A stretch of 63,227 nucleotides of DNA, the filler included, from Octopus bimaculoides (lineage: Eukaryota), in NCBI RefSeq assembly GCF_001194135.2. It is 6 parts of 6 records of this genome, joined end to end, with 100 filler letters (N's around TTAATTAATTAA, not from the genome) between each part and the next. Parts side by side here need not be neighbours in the genome. Positions count along the whole stretch, not along the records: positions 27,812 to 42,731 come from NC_068993.1; 5 more parts are not named here. One strand, 5' to 3'. Below the pieces are notes generated by a model, which saw only the letters and a list, made by a program, of their open reading frames with translations, did not search any database and was not told the DNA's origin. Shown in pieces: positions 28,361 through 40,180 of the stretch. How positions within the stretch are numbered: the stretch's first letter is position 1; every line of letters begins with the position of its first letter. Made by a program: the position numbers and the translations under genes.

Positions 28361-28560
28361 ATATATAGGAGAATGTACGAAAAACAACAACAGACGAGGA
28401 CAGGTGGTGTAAATAACAAAAGGATGTATTAGTATGACGCTCGGGAATACGGAAAGTCTTTGACGTTTCGAGCTACGCTCTTCAACAGAAAGAGTACGGA
28501 GACAAGGAGAAAAACACGGAGAAAAAAAATTGAATAGTGTTCAGTCAGCGGTCATATATT
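28361..28560 (-). mobile_element. Short hammerhead-bearing repeat copy ending in (AT)n
   Basis: Homologous to 35760-35870, 36095-36148 and 56290-56420; no ORF; terminates at a microsatellite/gap. Confidence 0.55.
28457..28493 (-). ncRNA. Minimal hammerhead-like motif in a short non-coding repeat
   Basis: Minus strand TCTTT CTGTTGA a GAGC gta GCTC GAAAC GTC AAAGA: 5-bp stem I, core with A6U variant, 4-bp stem II, loopless GAAACGTC stem III typical of PLE minimal hammerheads. Confidence 0.6.
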
Positions 28561-29006
28561 ATTATTTAATTACGTAACTACAAGAGTACACGTGAGCACT
28601 GTGGAAGTGTGGTCAACCTAAAGAATGTTTTGGCAAAAGTTCCTATAATTTTTATTTTCCTCTTTTATATTCATACTCAACCTTGTTTGAGACCATGGAT
28701 CAACTGATCAAACATCACCCACCCTCACGCACACACATAAACATGCATTCACACTTATATTCATGTAATCTCACGTTCACACACATATACATATATAGGT
28801 CTTTAGCCGTAGAGCAGGAGAAAAAACCTCCCAAAAACGAGGATATAAAAGAGATGATGAGAGGTTAATAAAAGTACAGTGTAACCAAAAGTATACTCGG
28901 TGAATACTGACGCAGGTTAGGGGAAGCTAATGTAGTGTACCGTAGGAAATCACTAACAACGGAATAATTGACTTGTAATAGAGGTAAGGAAGTAAGGACA
29001 CTCAAT

Positions 29007-29170
29007 AGCTACGGATTGTACAGAGACAATGGTTTAGCGGTCTCATATAATACGAATGTTTAATAGGGAAAAGATTAAATAGTAATAATTTAGTAGTTTG
29101 GCTTAAACATAATTAATACTACTAACCTAACGACAGCCGACTTCCTACACATAACACTGAAGTTAATAAC
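29007..29170 (+). mobile_element. Hydra-type PLE RT fragment
   Basis: SYGLYRDNGLAV and GLNIINTTNLTTADFLHITL, homologous to GLYRDDTLAI and GLKITIETNL..KILDVMLDL of the 7.4-kb element. Confidence 0.65.
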
Positions 29171-29941
29171 ACTATCTTTACAAAAAGCAGAGTGACGACG
29201 GATTAGTTGTTTCCCGATAAATATAATATTTACATCAAGTAATTCCCCCCCACCCCACCAGGTATTTAGATTTTTAATTTTTTAATAAGTTCGTTGAGGA
29301 CAGATTGTCAGTTTGAGGGATGAAGAAAAATTGGACAATATAACTTAGGAAGTAAAAAAATGAAGTATTCTATTTCGTCTAGTCGAATGGTAGAAAGCGA
29401 CAGTTTTCTCTCTTATATTTCCCACAAAGTCATCAACCAATGAACAATCTCTTCTCGACCCCTCAAGGCTTTTCAATTCATTTCATTTTCTGTAAACCTC
29501 CAAGAATCTATTGTATGATCGTCATAGACGCAGGCACAGGCGTGTGGTTAAGAATCTCACTTTGTAGTACTGGGATCGATTTGTTCGACTAAAACCCTTC
29601 GAGGCAGTATCCTAGCATGGCCGCAGTCTAATGACTGAAACAAGTAAAAGTAGAAGGAGTGTAATGTTCCTTGTACTTTTTCTTTTTTTATATTTCCCTC
29701 ATCTGTTATTTCGGCAACTGAAAAAAAAAGGACACTTGCCGAATTTATGCCTTATGATAGCAATTGAAATCCTTTGATGCAGTCAGGAATTCTCGGACAA
29801 CTTTAGAGCCGATTCAAAGATGATATTTGAAGGAATGGGGCCGAAGCTTCCTCTAGTTTTAGAGACCACGGTCTGAAATATTTGGTGATCTTTATGTATT
29901 TAAAGACCTTTTTACGCTTAATAAAAAAGAACTCTTTAAAA

Positions 29942-30195
29942 CAGTGGTTATCAACTGAAATCTATATGGCCCTTGGGGCTCCATACAAGATTTTGTTGTT
30001 AAAATTTATCTGCAATAAATTGGTTTTACTTCTACAATACACAAAATATCTTAATTTTTTTTTTTTACAATTCCTAATAATATTTAATTATAAAAATATT
30101 ATAGGATTTTTTAAAACACCGAATGGCTAGCAAGGTCCATCCGAGTAATATAGGAAGCAAAGGGTCCATGGGTAAAAAATGGTTCAGAAACATTG
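29942..30195. mobile_element. hAT (Charlie-like) MITE
   Basis: Ends CAGTGGTTATCAAC...GTTCAGAAACATTG form imperfect TIRs; flanking 8-mers ctttaaaa/ctctaaac (6/8) look like a decayed 8-bp TSD. Confidence 0.6.
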
Positions 30196-30950
30196 CTCTA
30201 AACGTTGCTTGGAAAAAAAAAAGGCTCTCTGCGCAATTGTAGAATATAACACTGGTCAACAAGTTAACATAGTTTTTGCTGATTTATATCTGAGATGTTT
30301 TCACTAATTTTAGGGGCGTTGAAACCAAAAATCGTTTTGGTTTTTGCACATCACATTAAATTTTTGCGCGACGAAATACACCATTTTAAAATAATCTCTC
30401 AAAAAATTCCGGTAGCAAACATTAGTCAATATACATTTTAGTGCCTTAGAAATTTGTCCTATTCTTGGCTATTTGGAGTTTCACTGGTAGTGCCATCTTA
30501 AGACATGGGCAGACTGTGTGGTTGCTCAGGGGCCTCACAGACCTGGTGGGGTTGAGGATGGGGGCAATTCTGATCTATGTATGTGGTGGCTTGCTGTCAA
30601 TAAATAAATACAATACAGACCATTGTATTGATTTGCCCAAGGGCTGCTAAGATGACCTGATTACTGGCCCCCAAAATATTCTTTCAGGTGTTGTAGTTTC
30701 AGGAATACAGCAAACATTATATATATATATTGACGCCTTGAATTTAGGGATCATGCTGCCTTTTACATTGCACTTTCGAGAATCTCAAATTTTTTATTGA
30801 TTGGAATTTCTACAGGTCTCTCTCTTGTCACTTCTGGGGACAAACTTCATTAACGCTAAAAGTGTTTTTCTTTTCATCAAAATTTGTAATTTTAAGTGTT
30901 TACGGAAAAATTCTTCTCCTTTCAAGCTATTTTTCCTTAGCAATTGCAGA

Positions 30951-31000
<50 letters not shown>

Positions 31001-31665
31001 CGTGCGTGCTTGGTTCGACGCATATCTTTAGCAATTGCATCAGTAAGAGACTATACGAGGTGGTCACCATCACCTTAAGCGAACGCGCAATGAATGGTAG
31101 CTAGGATTCCTTCCACCACAATTGATTGGACCATCTGCCATATTTTAAAGAGGTAGGGATAGAATCCTGTGTGCGTTTTCATTCGNNNNNNNNNNNNNNN
31201 NNNNNNNNNNNNNNNNNNNNNNNNNNNNNNNNNNNNNNNNNNNNNNNNNNNNNNNNNNNNNNNNNNNNNNNNNNNNNNNNNNNNNNNNNNNNNNNNNNNN
31301 NNNNNNNNNNNNNNNNNNNNNNNNNNNNNNNNNNNNNNNNNNNNNNNNNNNNNNNNNNNNNNNNNNNNNNNNNNNNNNNNNNNNNNNNNNNNNNNNNNNN
31401 NNNNNNNNNNNNNNNNNNNNNNNNNNNNNNNNNNNNNNNNNNNNNNNNNNNNNNNNNNNNNNNNNNNNNNNNNNNNNNNNNNNNNNNNNNNNNNNNNNNN
31501 NNNNNNNNNNNNNNNNNNNNNNNNNNNNNNNNNNNNNNNNNNNNNNNNNNNNNNNNNNNNNNNNNNNNNNNNNNNNNNNNNNNNNNNNNNNNNNNNNNNN
31601 NNNNNNNNNNNNNNNNNNNNNNNNNNNNTTTATAACTGCAATAAATAATTTTAAAAAGGACCTCA

Positions 31666-31836
31666 AACTGGCAGAATCGTTAGCATGCTGAAGAAAATGT
31701 TACGCGACATTTCTTCCAGCTTTTGACGTTCTGAGTTCAAATGCTGTCGAGGTCAACTTTGCCTTTCATCCTTTCGAGGTCGATAGAACAAAATACCAGT
31801 CAAGTACTGGGGTTGATGTAATCGACTAATCCCTCC
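31666..31836 (+). mobile_element. SINE family B
   Basis: ctggcagaatcgttagc...gagttcaaatg...gcctttcatcctttcg. Confidence 0.8.
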
Positions 31837-32451
31837 CTTGTGTCAACATTTTTTAAAGCAATTAATAATTAAATATTATTTTCGGCTCAGTATTGTAGCC
31901 TGCCCTTAACTGTATATTCTTCTTACAAAAGACACCCATAGAAAATTTTACACACACACACATACACACACAAATATGCACTCACATATATGTATGTGTG
32001 TATGTGTGTATTACACACACACACGCACTGTTTAAAGAATTCCTTTTCATATGTTTAACTCTGATGATCTTTATCTTGAATGCTGTCTTTGAGAATGTCA
32101 ACGTCAATGAGAAACGGTAGAAGGAAGAAAAGGAAAGCACGAAAGACAAAGGTAATGGTGTTATTGTTGTTGATGATGATGATGGCAATGGTAGCGGTAG
32201 TGGTAAAGGTGGTGATGGTAGTGTGGTGGTGGTGGTGGTGGTGGTGCTAGGTGATGAAGTAGTAATTTTTGATATTCAAAGATTTATCAGTTTTTCTTTC
32301 TTTCTTTCTTTCTTTCTTTCTCTTTTTGTTCTTCTTCTGTCCACATCCATCTTTCTAAAATGTTAATGGTTGAACATTCCTAAGAAGTCTCGTTCTTGTT
32401 GCAGCCTAATTTAAACTAATGCTAAATGACAGTATATATGATTGTCTATGA

Positions 32452-32470
32452 GCTCGCCCCCTAGCGGCAA
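32452..32470 (-). promoter_or_regulatory. CTCF-binding motif
   Basis: Minus strand TTGCCGCTAGGGGGCGAGC matches the CTCF core CCnCnAGGGGGCG; the only such match I found, in unique sequence. Confidence 0.55.
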
Positions 32471-32620
32471 ACAACAACAACAACAACAACAACAACAGTA
32501 ACAACAAAAACAACACCATCATCATCACCACCATCAATTGCAGTAGCAACAATAACAACATGGATTTAGAACGAGAAAGAAAAATGATACACTGTTCTTT
32601 TGGTGCTACCAAAATGAGGG

Positions 32621-32663
<43 letters not shown>

Positions 32664-33654
32664 ACTTTTGTTTTTATTTTCCATTTCTTTTGGTCGGGTG
32701 GGAATGAGGTGGAGGGAAGGAAGTGAAAGAACAAATATAGCTTTAGCAAGGAAACTAAAAGTCTCAAAGACAAGCCTGACTATTTGAACTATAGCCATTC
32801 CGTACGTCACAGCGGGGTCCATTATCTTGCCTTGTCCATCTGCGAAACTAACAATATATCAGTTTTTTGTTTTCATTTTGAAGGGGGAGAGAGAAAGAAA
32901 GAGAGAGAAAGAATGTGTGTGAAAGAAAGAAAGAGAGACAGAGAGTGAGAGCCACAAGAAGAACCAAAGAACCATACCAAAAAAATAAACCTAATACCAA
33001 CATAAAAATAACAAGACCCCTTAAAACAATGAAACCTTTTCCGGTGGCTTAGGCCACGGGGTATAGAATTCGTTGAGGTGGAGAAAGAAAACGCGATATG
33101 TAACTGTCTTGCTTTATTTTACGATCTTCTACACAAGAGTTTCATTCAATTTGTAGTAGTGGTGGCGTTGGGATAGTAGTATAGGTGTTAGTGGTGGCAG
33201 TGTTGGTGCTAGTTGGTGGTTGTGGTGTTGGTATGGCGGTGGTGTTGGCGCCAGTCTATGTGGTGGGTATTGGTGATGGTGCTATGCAGTGATATTTGAG
33301 GTGGTGCTGTTGGTGTCGTTGTTACTGACGATGTTGGTGGTGTTAGTGGCGGCAGTGTTAGTACTACTATTCGTGATGGTGATGGTGGTGGTGGTGTTGG
33401 GGGCCGGCATTAGTGTTGTTGCTGGCGGTGGTGGAGGTGTTGGTGGTGAATGGTGGTGATGGAAACGGTGGTCGAGGTAGAGCGGATTGTTCTTTTTTTT
33501 TTTTGCTTTTTATATTCTACTTGTTCTTTTTTGGGGTATTTTAAATAAAATCCCTGACAAAGAAAAAAAACGGAAAATTTTATGACTTCGCTTCTTAGAG
33601 ACATTGAACCCGACTTCTGTGTGTGTCGACAGGAGCCGTGTTGAACATATATAC

Positions 33655-33695
<41 letters not shown>

Positions 33696-33817
33696 CGGTG
33701 CGCGTGTATGTGTATGTGCGTTTGTGAATGTTATAGGTGTGTGCATATATTATATATACATACATACGCACACACACATACATGTATACATATACATATA
33801 TATGCGTATACACATGC

Positions 33818-33849
<32 letters not shown>

Positions 33850-33851
33850 GG

Positions 33852-33929
<78 letters not shown>

Positions 33930-34209
33930 ATGCACACACACACACAGAGAAACACTCACACACACACACACACATACTAACCCCCACCGGAATTCGGGGC
34001 GGAAACTTTCCAAGTATTAAATCGACGTTGAGCAAGTGTCTTAATCTAATCCTTGCTATCATTACACCCTTGTATTGTCGCCTTTTGGATATCCGACTGT
34101 TAAACGCCTTCTTGTCTTCTGTTTGCGAACAGATAAACACACACACACACACACACCACACATACATAGACACACAGATACATACGTGCGCACATGAAAA
34201 GACATAAAT

Positions 34210-34950
34210 ATAGGCACAAGCCTTGCTGTGTGGTTGAGAAGTTACCTGTGCAACTACATGGTTTCGAGTTCGTTCTCATTGCCTTTACTTAGTGTCTTCT
34301 GCAATAGTCCCGAGTCGAACAGTGCCTTGTGTGTGAATTTGCTCGACGGAATCTGTACAGAAGCCTTCAGTGGCATATATATATAAAGTTCGTTTTCTGT
34401 TTCTCATTGTGTTTAACGTTTTTTTTTTTTGATGTCCTGTACCCATATATGCATCTATGTATACATATAGATATAGGTATGTACATATATGTATGGATAT
34501 ATCTATATTATTATCATTATTATTTTATATATATATATATATATATACTCCTTTCTACTATAGGCACAAGGCCTGAAATTTTTAGGAGAAGTGAGGCCGA
34601 TTCCATCGGCCGCTGTATCTCACTGATATTTAATTTATCGACCCCGAAAGGAAGAAAAGCAAAATCGACTTCAGCGGAATTTGAACTCAGAACGTAATGG
34701 CAGACGAAATACCGGTAAGCATTTCGCCCGGCGTGCTAACGATTCTGCCAGCTCAACACCTCATATAATACTTAATATATGATATATTGATATATAGGCG
34801 TGAGTGGGTAGTTAGAAGCTTGTTTCTCAACCACATGGAACTGGGTTCAGTCACACTAAGCGGCACTTAGGCAAGTGTCTTCTGCTGTAGCCTCGATCCA
34901 ACCAAAGCCCTGTGAGTGGATTTGGTTGACGTACATTGAAAGAAGACCGT
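34210..34950. mobile_element. SINE cluster: A head 34210-34375 +, family B 34551-34760 -, A head 34795-34950 +
   Basis: Homology to reference copies. Confidence 0.75.
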
Positions 34951-34971
34951 CGCGCGCTCGCGTATAGATAG

Positions 34972-35268
34972 TAAGAAAGAGACATGACACAAGAATGAAT
35001 GATTATCTTATGAACTTCATTAGCCGACTGCTATTTCTGCTATAAAGTGCAGTGGACTCATAGTTGAGTGCCTGAATAATACCTTATAGCTTCATACGAA
35101 TATAATTCTTTCCTAAATAAATTGCATTTCATATTCGAAGCTACGATGAATATAACCTGTTATTCAGGCACTCACCTAATGAGTCCACTACACCTTATAG
35201 CACAAACAGCTGTAAGCTAATGAACTGCATAAGTTAATAATTATTCCTGTGTTATCTCTCTTTCTTAG
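34972..35268. repeat. Foldback element/MITE with about 108-bp inverted arms and 80-bp spacer
   Basis: 34972-35079 pairs with 35160-35268 (e.g. gtggactcat..tgagtgcctgaataa / ttattcaggcactca..atgagtccac). Confidence 0.8.
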
Positions 35269-35474
35269 TTCTGCTCTATACTCAGCTAATACCTCGTTCT
35301 GAAACATACGTATATTGAGTTCTACACCAGGTTATTAGTATTGGAATGTCTAAGCGAAATTTTATATACATTTTAAAAATCTTAGGGAATAATAAGTATT
35401 CCAGGTTATCACAACATTTACTATTTTACACTTTACTAATGCAATGTAAACGCTATCATATATAATATCATTAC

Positions 35475-35616
35475 AAATTTAGGATTTTACCATTAGAAAC
35501 GCAACTCCTATTTCAGGATAACCTTATTGTATTGGATATAACTTTCTATGTGTATTCCATACAATAAGGTTATCCTGAAACAGGAGTTGCGGTTCTATTG
35601 GTAAAATCCCAAATTT
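35475..35616. repeat. Near-perfect inverted repeat (about 66-bp arms, about 10-nt loop)
   Basis: aaatttaggattttaccattagaaacgcaactcctatttcaggataaccttattgtattggatata versus the reverse complement of 35551-35616. Confidence 0.9.
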
Positions 35617-35619
35617 TAA

Positions 35620-36148
35620 CGTATATATATATATGCATATGTGGGCATACAACACAAAAATACGAAGTGCGAGTACATGGAATATGAACTATGAACTTGT
35701 CACCGCTTCTCCAGTTAATTGAAATAAACGAACAATTAAATGATTGGGAAAAAATAAAAAAAATAACGAACGTGAGGACGTGCACAAGAAATATATTAAT
35801 TAGACGCTTGGTGTAGGGAAAGAGTTATTTTTAACGTTTCGAGGATAGCTCTTTGTTGGAAACAGTAAAGCCCAAAGAGAAAGAAGGAAAAATACGCAAA
35901 AATCTTCAACAGTCCACGTGCGGTTACATTTCTGTAATAATTAAAAGCGCAGAAACGACGCATTCCGAAGAAATTAAAAGGTAACGTAATCTAAAGGTAG
36001 AATAAGAAAATCCATGAATCAAGTACTCCAAATCAGTCGGAAGTTATATGAGTGTGCAGTAAATAGTGAAGTCAAATGAACGAATAATAAAATTAACAGA
36101 TAACAAGACGACGTGGACAAAGAATGTATTAGCTTGACGCTCGGTAAA
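35620..36148 (-). mobile_element. Two diverged tandem units of the hammerhead-bearing short repeat (PLE pseudo-LTR or retrozyme-like)
   Basis: Decayed motif at 35828-35864 (tgttt ccaacaa a gagc tat cctc gaaacgtt). The homologous anchor gacgct(t/c)gg occurs at 35803 and 36136; flanks resemble 28385-28450 and 56350-56400. Starts at an (AT)n tract. Confidence 0.55.
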
Positions 36149-36697
36149 NNNNNNNNNNNNNNNNNNNNNNNNNNNNNNNNNNNNNNNNNNNNNNNNNNNN
36201 NNNNNNNNNNNNNNNNNNNNNNNNNNNNNNNNNNNNNNNNNNNNNNNNNNNNNNNNNNNNNNNNNNNNNNNNNNNNNNNNNNNNNNNNNNNNNNNNNNNN
36301 NNNNNNNNNNNNNNNNNNNNNNNNNNNNNNNNNNNNNNNNNNNNNNNNNNNNNNNNNNNNNNNNNNNNNNNNNNNNNNNNNNNNNNNNNNNNNNNNNNNN
36401 NNNNNNNNNNNNNNNNNNNNNNNNNNNNNNNNNNNNNNNNNNNNNNNNNNNNNNNNNNNNNNNNNNNNNNNNNNNNNNNNNNNNNNNNNNNNNNNNNNNN
36501 NNNNNNNNNNNNNNNNNNNNNNNNNNNNNNNNNNNNNNNNNNNNNNNNNNNNNNNNNNNNNNNNNNNNNNNNNNNNNNNNNNNNNNNNNNNNNNNNNNNN
36601 NNNNNNNNNNNNNNNNNNNNNNNNNNNNNNNNNNNNNNNNNNNNNNNNNNNNNNNNNNNNNNNNNNNNNNNNNNNNNNNNNNNNNNNNNNNNNNNNN

Positions 36698-36743
<46 letters not shown>

Positions 36744-36789
36744 ACACACACACACACACACACACAGACGCACACCCACACACCCACAC

Positions 36790-37245
36790 AAAATAAGAGG
36801 TTTAAAGCCTGCTTTTCCATGCTTGCATGGGTGATACGAATTTCGATGAGGTAGATTTTCTACCTCATAGTTAGAAGCTATTCTTATCGTCATCCTCCAC
36901 TCGTTTCCAGCCAAGTTAACATTTCCTCCAGACTGGATGTGGTTTGGCGATGGTATGCAAGCAAACATTACTACTCGCTTGGACGGTGAAATTTGTTTAT
37001 AATAAACGCATGATGTCAAGAAAATATACGCATGCACACAGACATATACGTAAACATACATGCACATGCACGCACATATACGACGGGCTTCAGTACAGTT
37101 TCTATGTATCGAATCTACTCACAAGCATTTGGTCGATCAGAGGCTACAGTAGCAGACAGTCGACAAAATAACACGCAGCGGGATTGAATCTGGAACCGCT
37201 TGGCTATGTAGCGAACTTCTTAACGACACAACTATGCCTGTGCTT
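36790..37245 (-). mobile_element. RTE-tail-bearing short repeat (36790-36950) and SINE-A head (37075-37245)
   Basis: ttttccatgcttgcatggg tail related to 5250 and 18540; A-head homology. Confidence 0.6.
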
Positions 37246-37261
37246 TTATTAAACACACACC

Positions 37262-37321
<60 letters not shown>

Positions 37322-39741
37322 NNNNNNNNNNNNNNNNNNNNNNNNNNNNNNNNNNNNNNNNNNNNNNNNNNNNNNNNNNNNNNNNNNNNNNNNNNNNNNN
37401 NNNNNNNNNNNNNNNNNNNNNNNNNNNNNNNNNNNNNNNNNNNNNNNNNNNNNNNNNNNNNNNNNNNNNNNNNNNNNNNNNNNNNNNNNNNNNNNNNNNN
37501 NNNNNNNNNNNNNNNNNNNNNNNNNNNNNNNNNNNNNNNNNNNNNNNNNNNNNNNNNNNNNNNNNNNNNNNNNNNNNNNNNNNNNNNNNNNNNNNNNNNN
37601 NNNNNNNNNNNNNNNNNNNNNNNNNNNNNNNNNNNNNNNNNNNNNNNNNNNNNNNNNNNNNNNNNNNNNNNNNNNNNNNNNNNNNNNNNNNNNNNNNNNN
37701 NNNNNNNNNNNNNNNNNNNNNNNNNNNNNNNNNNNNNNNNNNNNTGGTTCGACTAAATTACCTGCTCTTGACCTGCCGCTCTCTTTTATTCGTTTCACAC
37801 AATTTTTGATGGCGACGACCAGTTTTTCCTGTGATGCCGATAGAAAAAGCAGGCACAATTGAGAACTCTTTATGAATGATATAATTAACAGGGGAGATTC
37901 TTTACGGTTGGTGTGGTGTTCTAAGACCGGAATCAAGATCCAAACCAATTTCTTCTTTCAGTAGATTCTCCAGCAAAAATCACTCAAGCGGGCAGTGATT
38001 TAAGTAAGACGACAACGAAAAACCTATATTAGGAATAAGTTGTAGAAATGGTTGTGTTTTTGTCTGTGACTTATTTATTGAAAACACAACGTGCCATTTG
38101 AAATTCTACAGCCATATGGATAGCCTAAAAAGAATTATGCATTAGAAAGGAGAGCTTTCTTCGTAAATAGCTTTTCACCAGTAAGATGTTTGAAAGAGAC
38201 CTTCCTTTCCGTATTCGCTTCATCATCTCTCTCACTCTCTGCCCTCCCCTCTTTCTTTTTCTTTTATTCCACTGTGTGTGCGCGCATTTATGTACGCACG
38301 TATGTATGTATGTATGTATGTATGTATGTATGTATAACGTACGTACATGTATGTATGTATAACGTACGTACATACGTTCATACATACATACATGTATATA
38401 TATATATATTATAAACATAGATACATGTTCGTATGCAGGTATGTCATTCTCTGCTTCTCGTTCTTTTATTAATTCATCTTTGTGTGTGTGTGTGTGTGTG
38501 GAGGGGGGTATGTGTGTCTGTTTTCCTTTTTCTCTTTTTCTTTCTTTAATCATTGTGTGTGTATGTGAGTGTGTGTGTGTGTGTGTGTGCGTGATCCTCT
38601 TTCTCTCTTCTCCTACTATCTTTAATTCTTCTCTGTGTCACTTTTTTCTCTCTCTCTCTTCTTCTATTTTTACCCCTCCTTCTCCTCCTCCTCGTCCACT
38701 CTCTGCTATCTTTTCTCTGCTTAATTCCTCCCCGCCCATTTCTCCATCTCTCTCTCTCTCCTCCCACTTCCCCCCTCAGCCATCTCCCCTCAGCCATCTC
38801 CCCTCACCCATCTCCCCCTCTCTCTCTTCTCACTGTGGTAAATTTTTCTATATATTTTTTCTTTCTATCGTTTCTCTCGCATCTTCTTCATCCTTTGAAC
38901 ATTTTCCAACTTGTTCCTTTGCTCCACTCATCACCTTTGTTCAAGCTCACTCCACTCCTTACCCCTCACTCATCAATTCCATCACTTGCCCACTCTCCAT
39001 CATACCACGTCTCTTTTTCTCCTCCTACTCACAGACTCCCTTTTTCTGTCGTAATTTCTCTTTCACTCTTTCTCTCTCCTCCTCCTCCTCCTCTTCCTCA
39101 TTTATCTTAACTATAACCCCCTCCATATATATACATGCATATGCATACACACACACATAGAGAAAGAGTGAGAGAGAGAGAGAGAGAGAGGGGGATGAGA
39201 AAGAGAAAGAGAGATACATAAATACATATACATACTCACACACGCATACACACGCACACATACAAACATATTACTATAAATATATTTACACATATGATTA
39301 TATGCATATATATGTATATGTGTATATATATTCATGTATGTACGTGCATATATGTATGGGTACGCATGTGTATTTGAAACTCATTTTTGGAAAATGCTGA
39401 GAAATTTTGGTTTGTTTACATACTCGTAACTTGGCGGTTCACCAAAAAGGTACCTATAGCATAAGTATCAAACTTAAAATTAAGTTATGGAGTTGATTTG
39501 TTATTGAGAGGCAAGAGTAAAAAACCAGCTTTCTCCATATACGGCCCTCTTCAGTATGAGAGAATTTGGTTTTTAGTTGGTTCACTAAATAAATACCAAT
39601 ATTATCATTAATTTCAGTCGAATCATTAGCTTCTATGATTACGTCAAACAGAATGGTAGAATGTTTTTTGATCTAAGTAAAATCGTTTAAGAACAATAAT
39701 AAATGAGTGAAGAAAAAATATATAGTGCGTGTGTTTATTTG

Positions 39742-39778
<37 letters not shown>

Positions 39779-39779
39779 A

Positions 39780-40180
39780 TCCTGAAATACAATAAAATCA
39801 TTATAATTTACTAGGTATTACTTGCATGTAGTATAATTTCTATTTCAGAGTTAGTGTTATTGCTAATCGGTTTTGCGAAATTAAACGCGTTTATTAACTG
39901 CAAAAATTTAGTTCTATTCTTATTCCTGATTAATTTGAACAATTCAGTTTCTGCTTGGGTGTTATTCCATAAAGGTAAGATTCCATAAAGGTAAGATTAA
40001 TTTTGTCGAGTAAATGTTTCTTAATCACTTTTATATCTGTTTTCGTGAGGTTAATTAATCGAATACAATATTTATGGTGAAGACTAATTTTATGGTTCCT
40101 CAGAGTAAAATAAGGTTTATTTAGGTGTGAGTAGCTCAAACAGTATTTCGCTACTATATATGACTGAAGTAAAATTTAGC
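39780..40180 (-). mobile_element. Hydra-type PLE RT N-terminal fragment
   Basis: KPYFTLRNHK...IRLINLTKTDIKVIKKHLLDKIN, then NAFNFAK and SEIEIILHA; matches the recalled pattern ITLKDHK..RLINP.K..I..ISK.ILD.IN. Confidence 0.6.
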
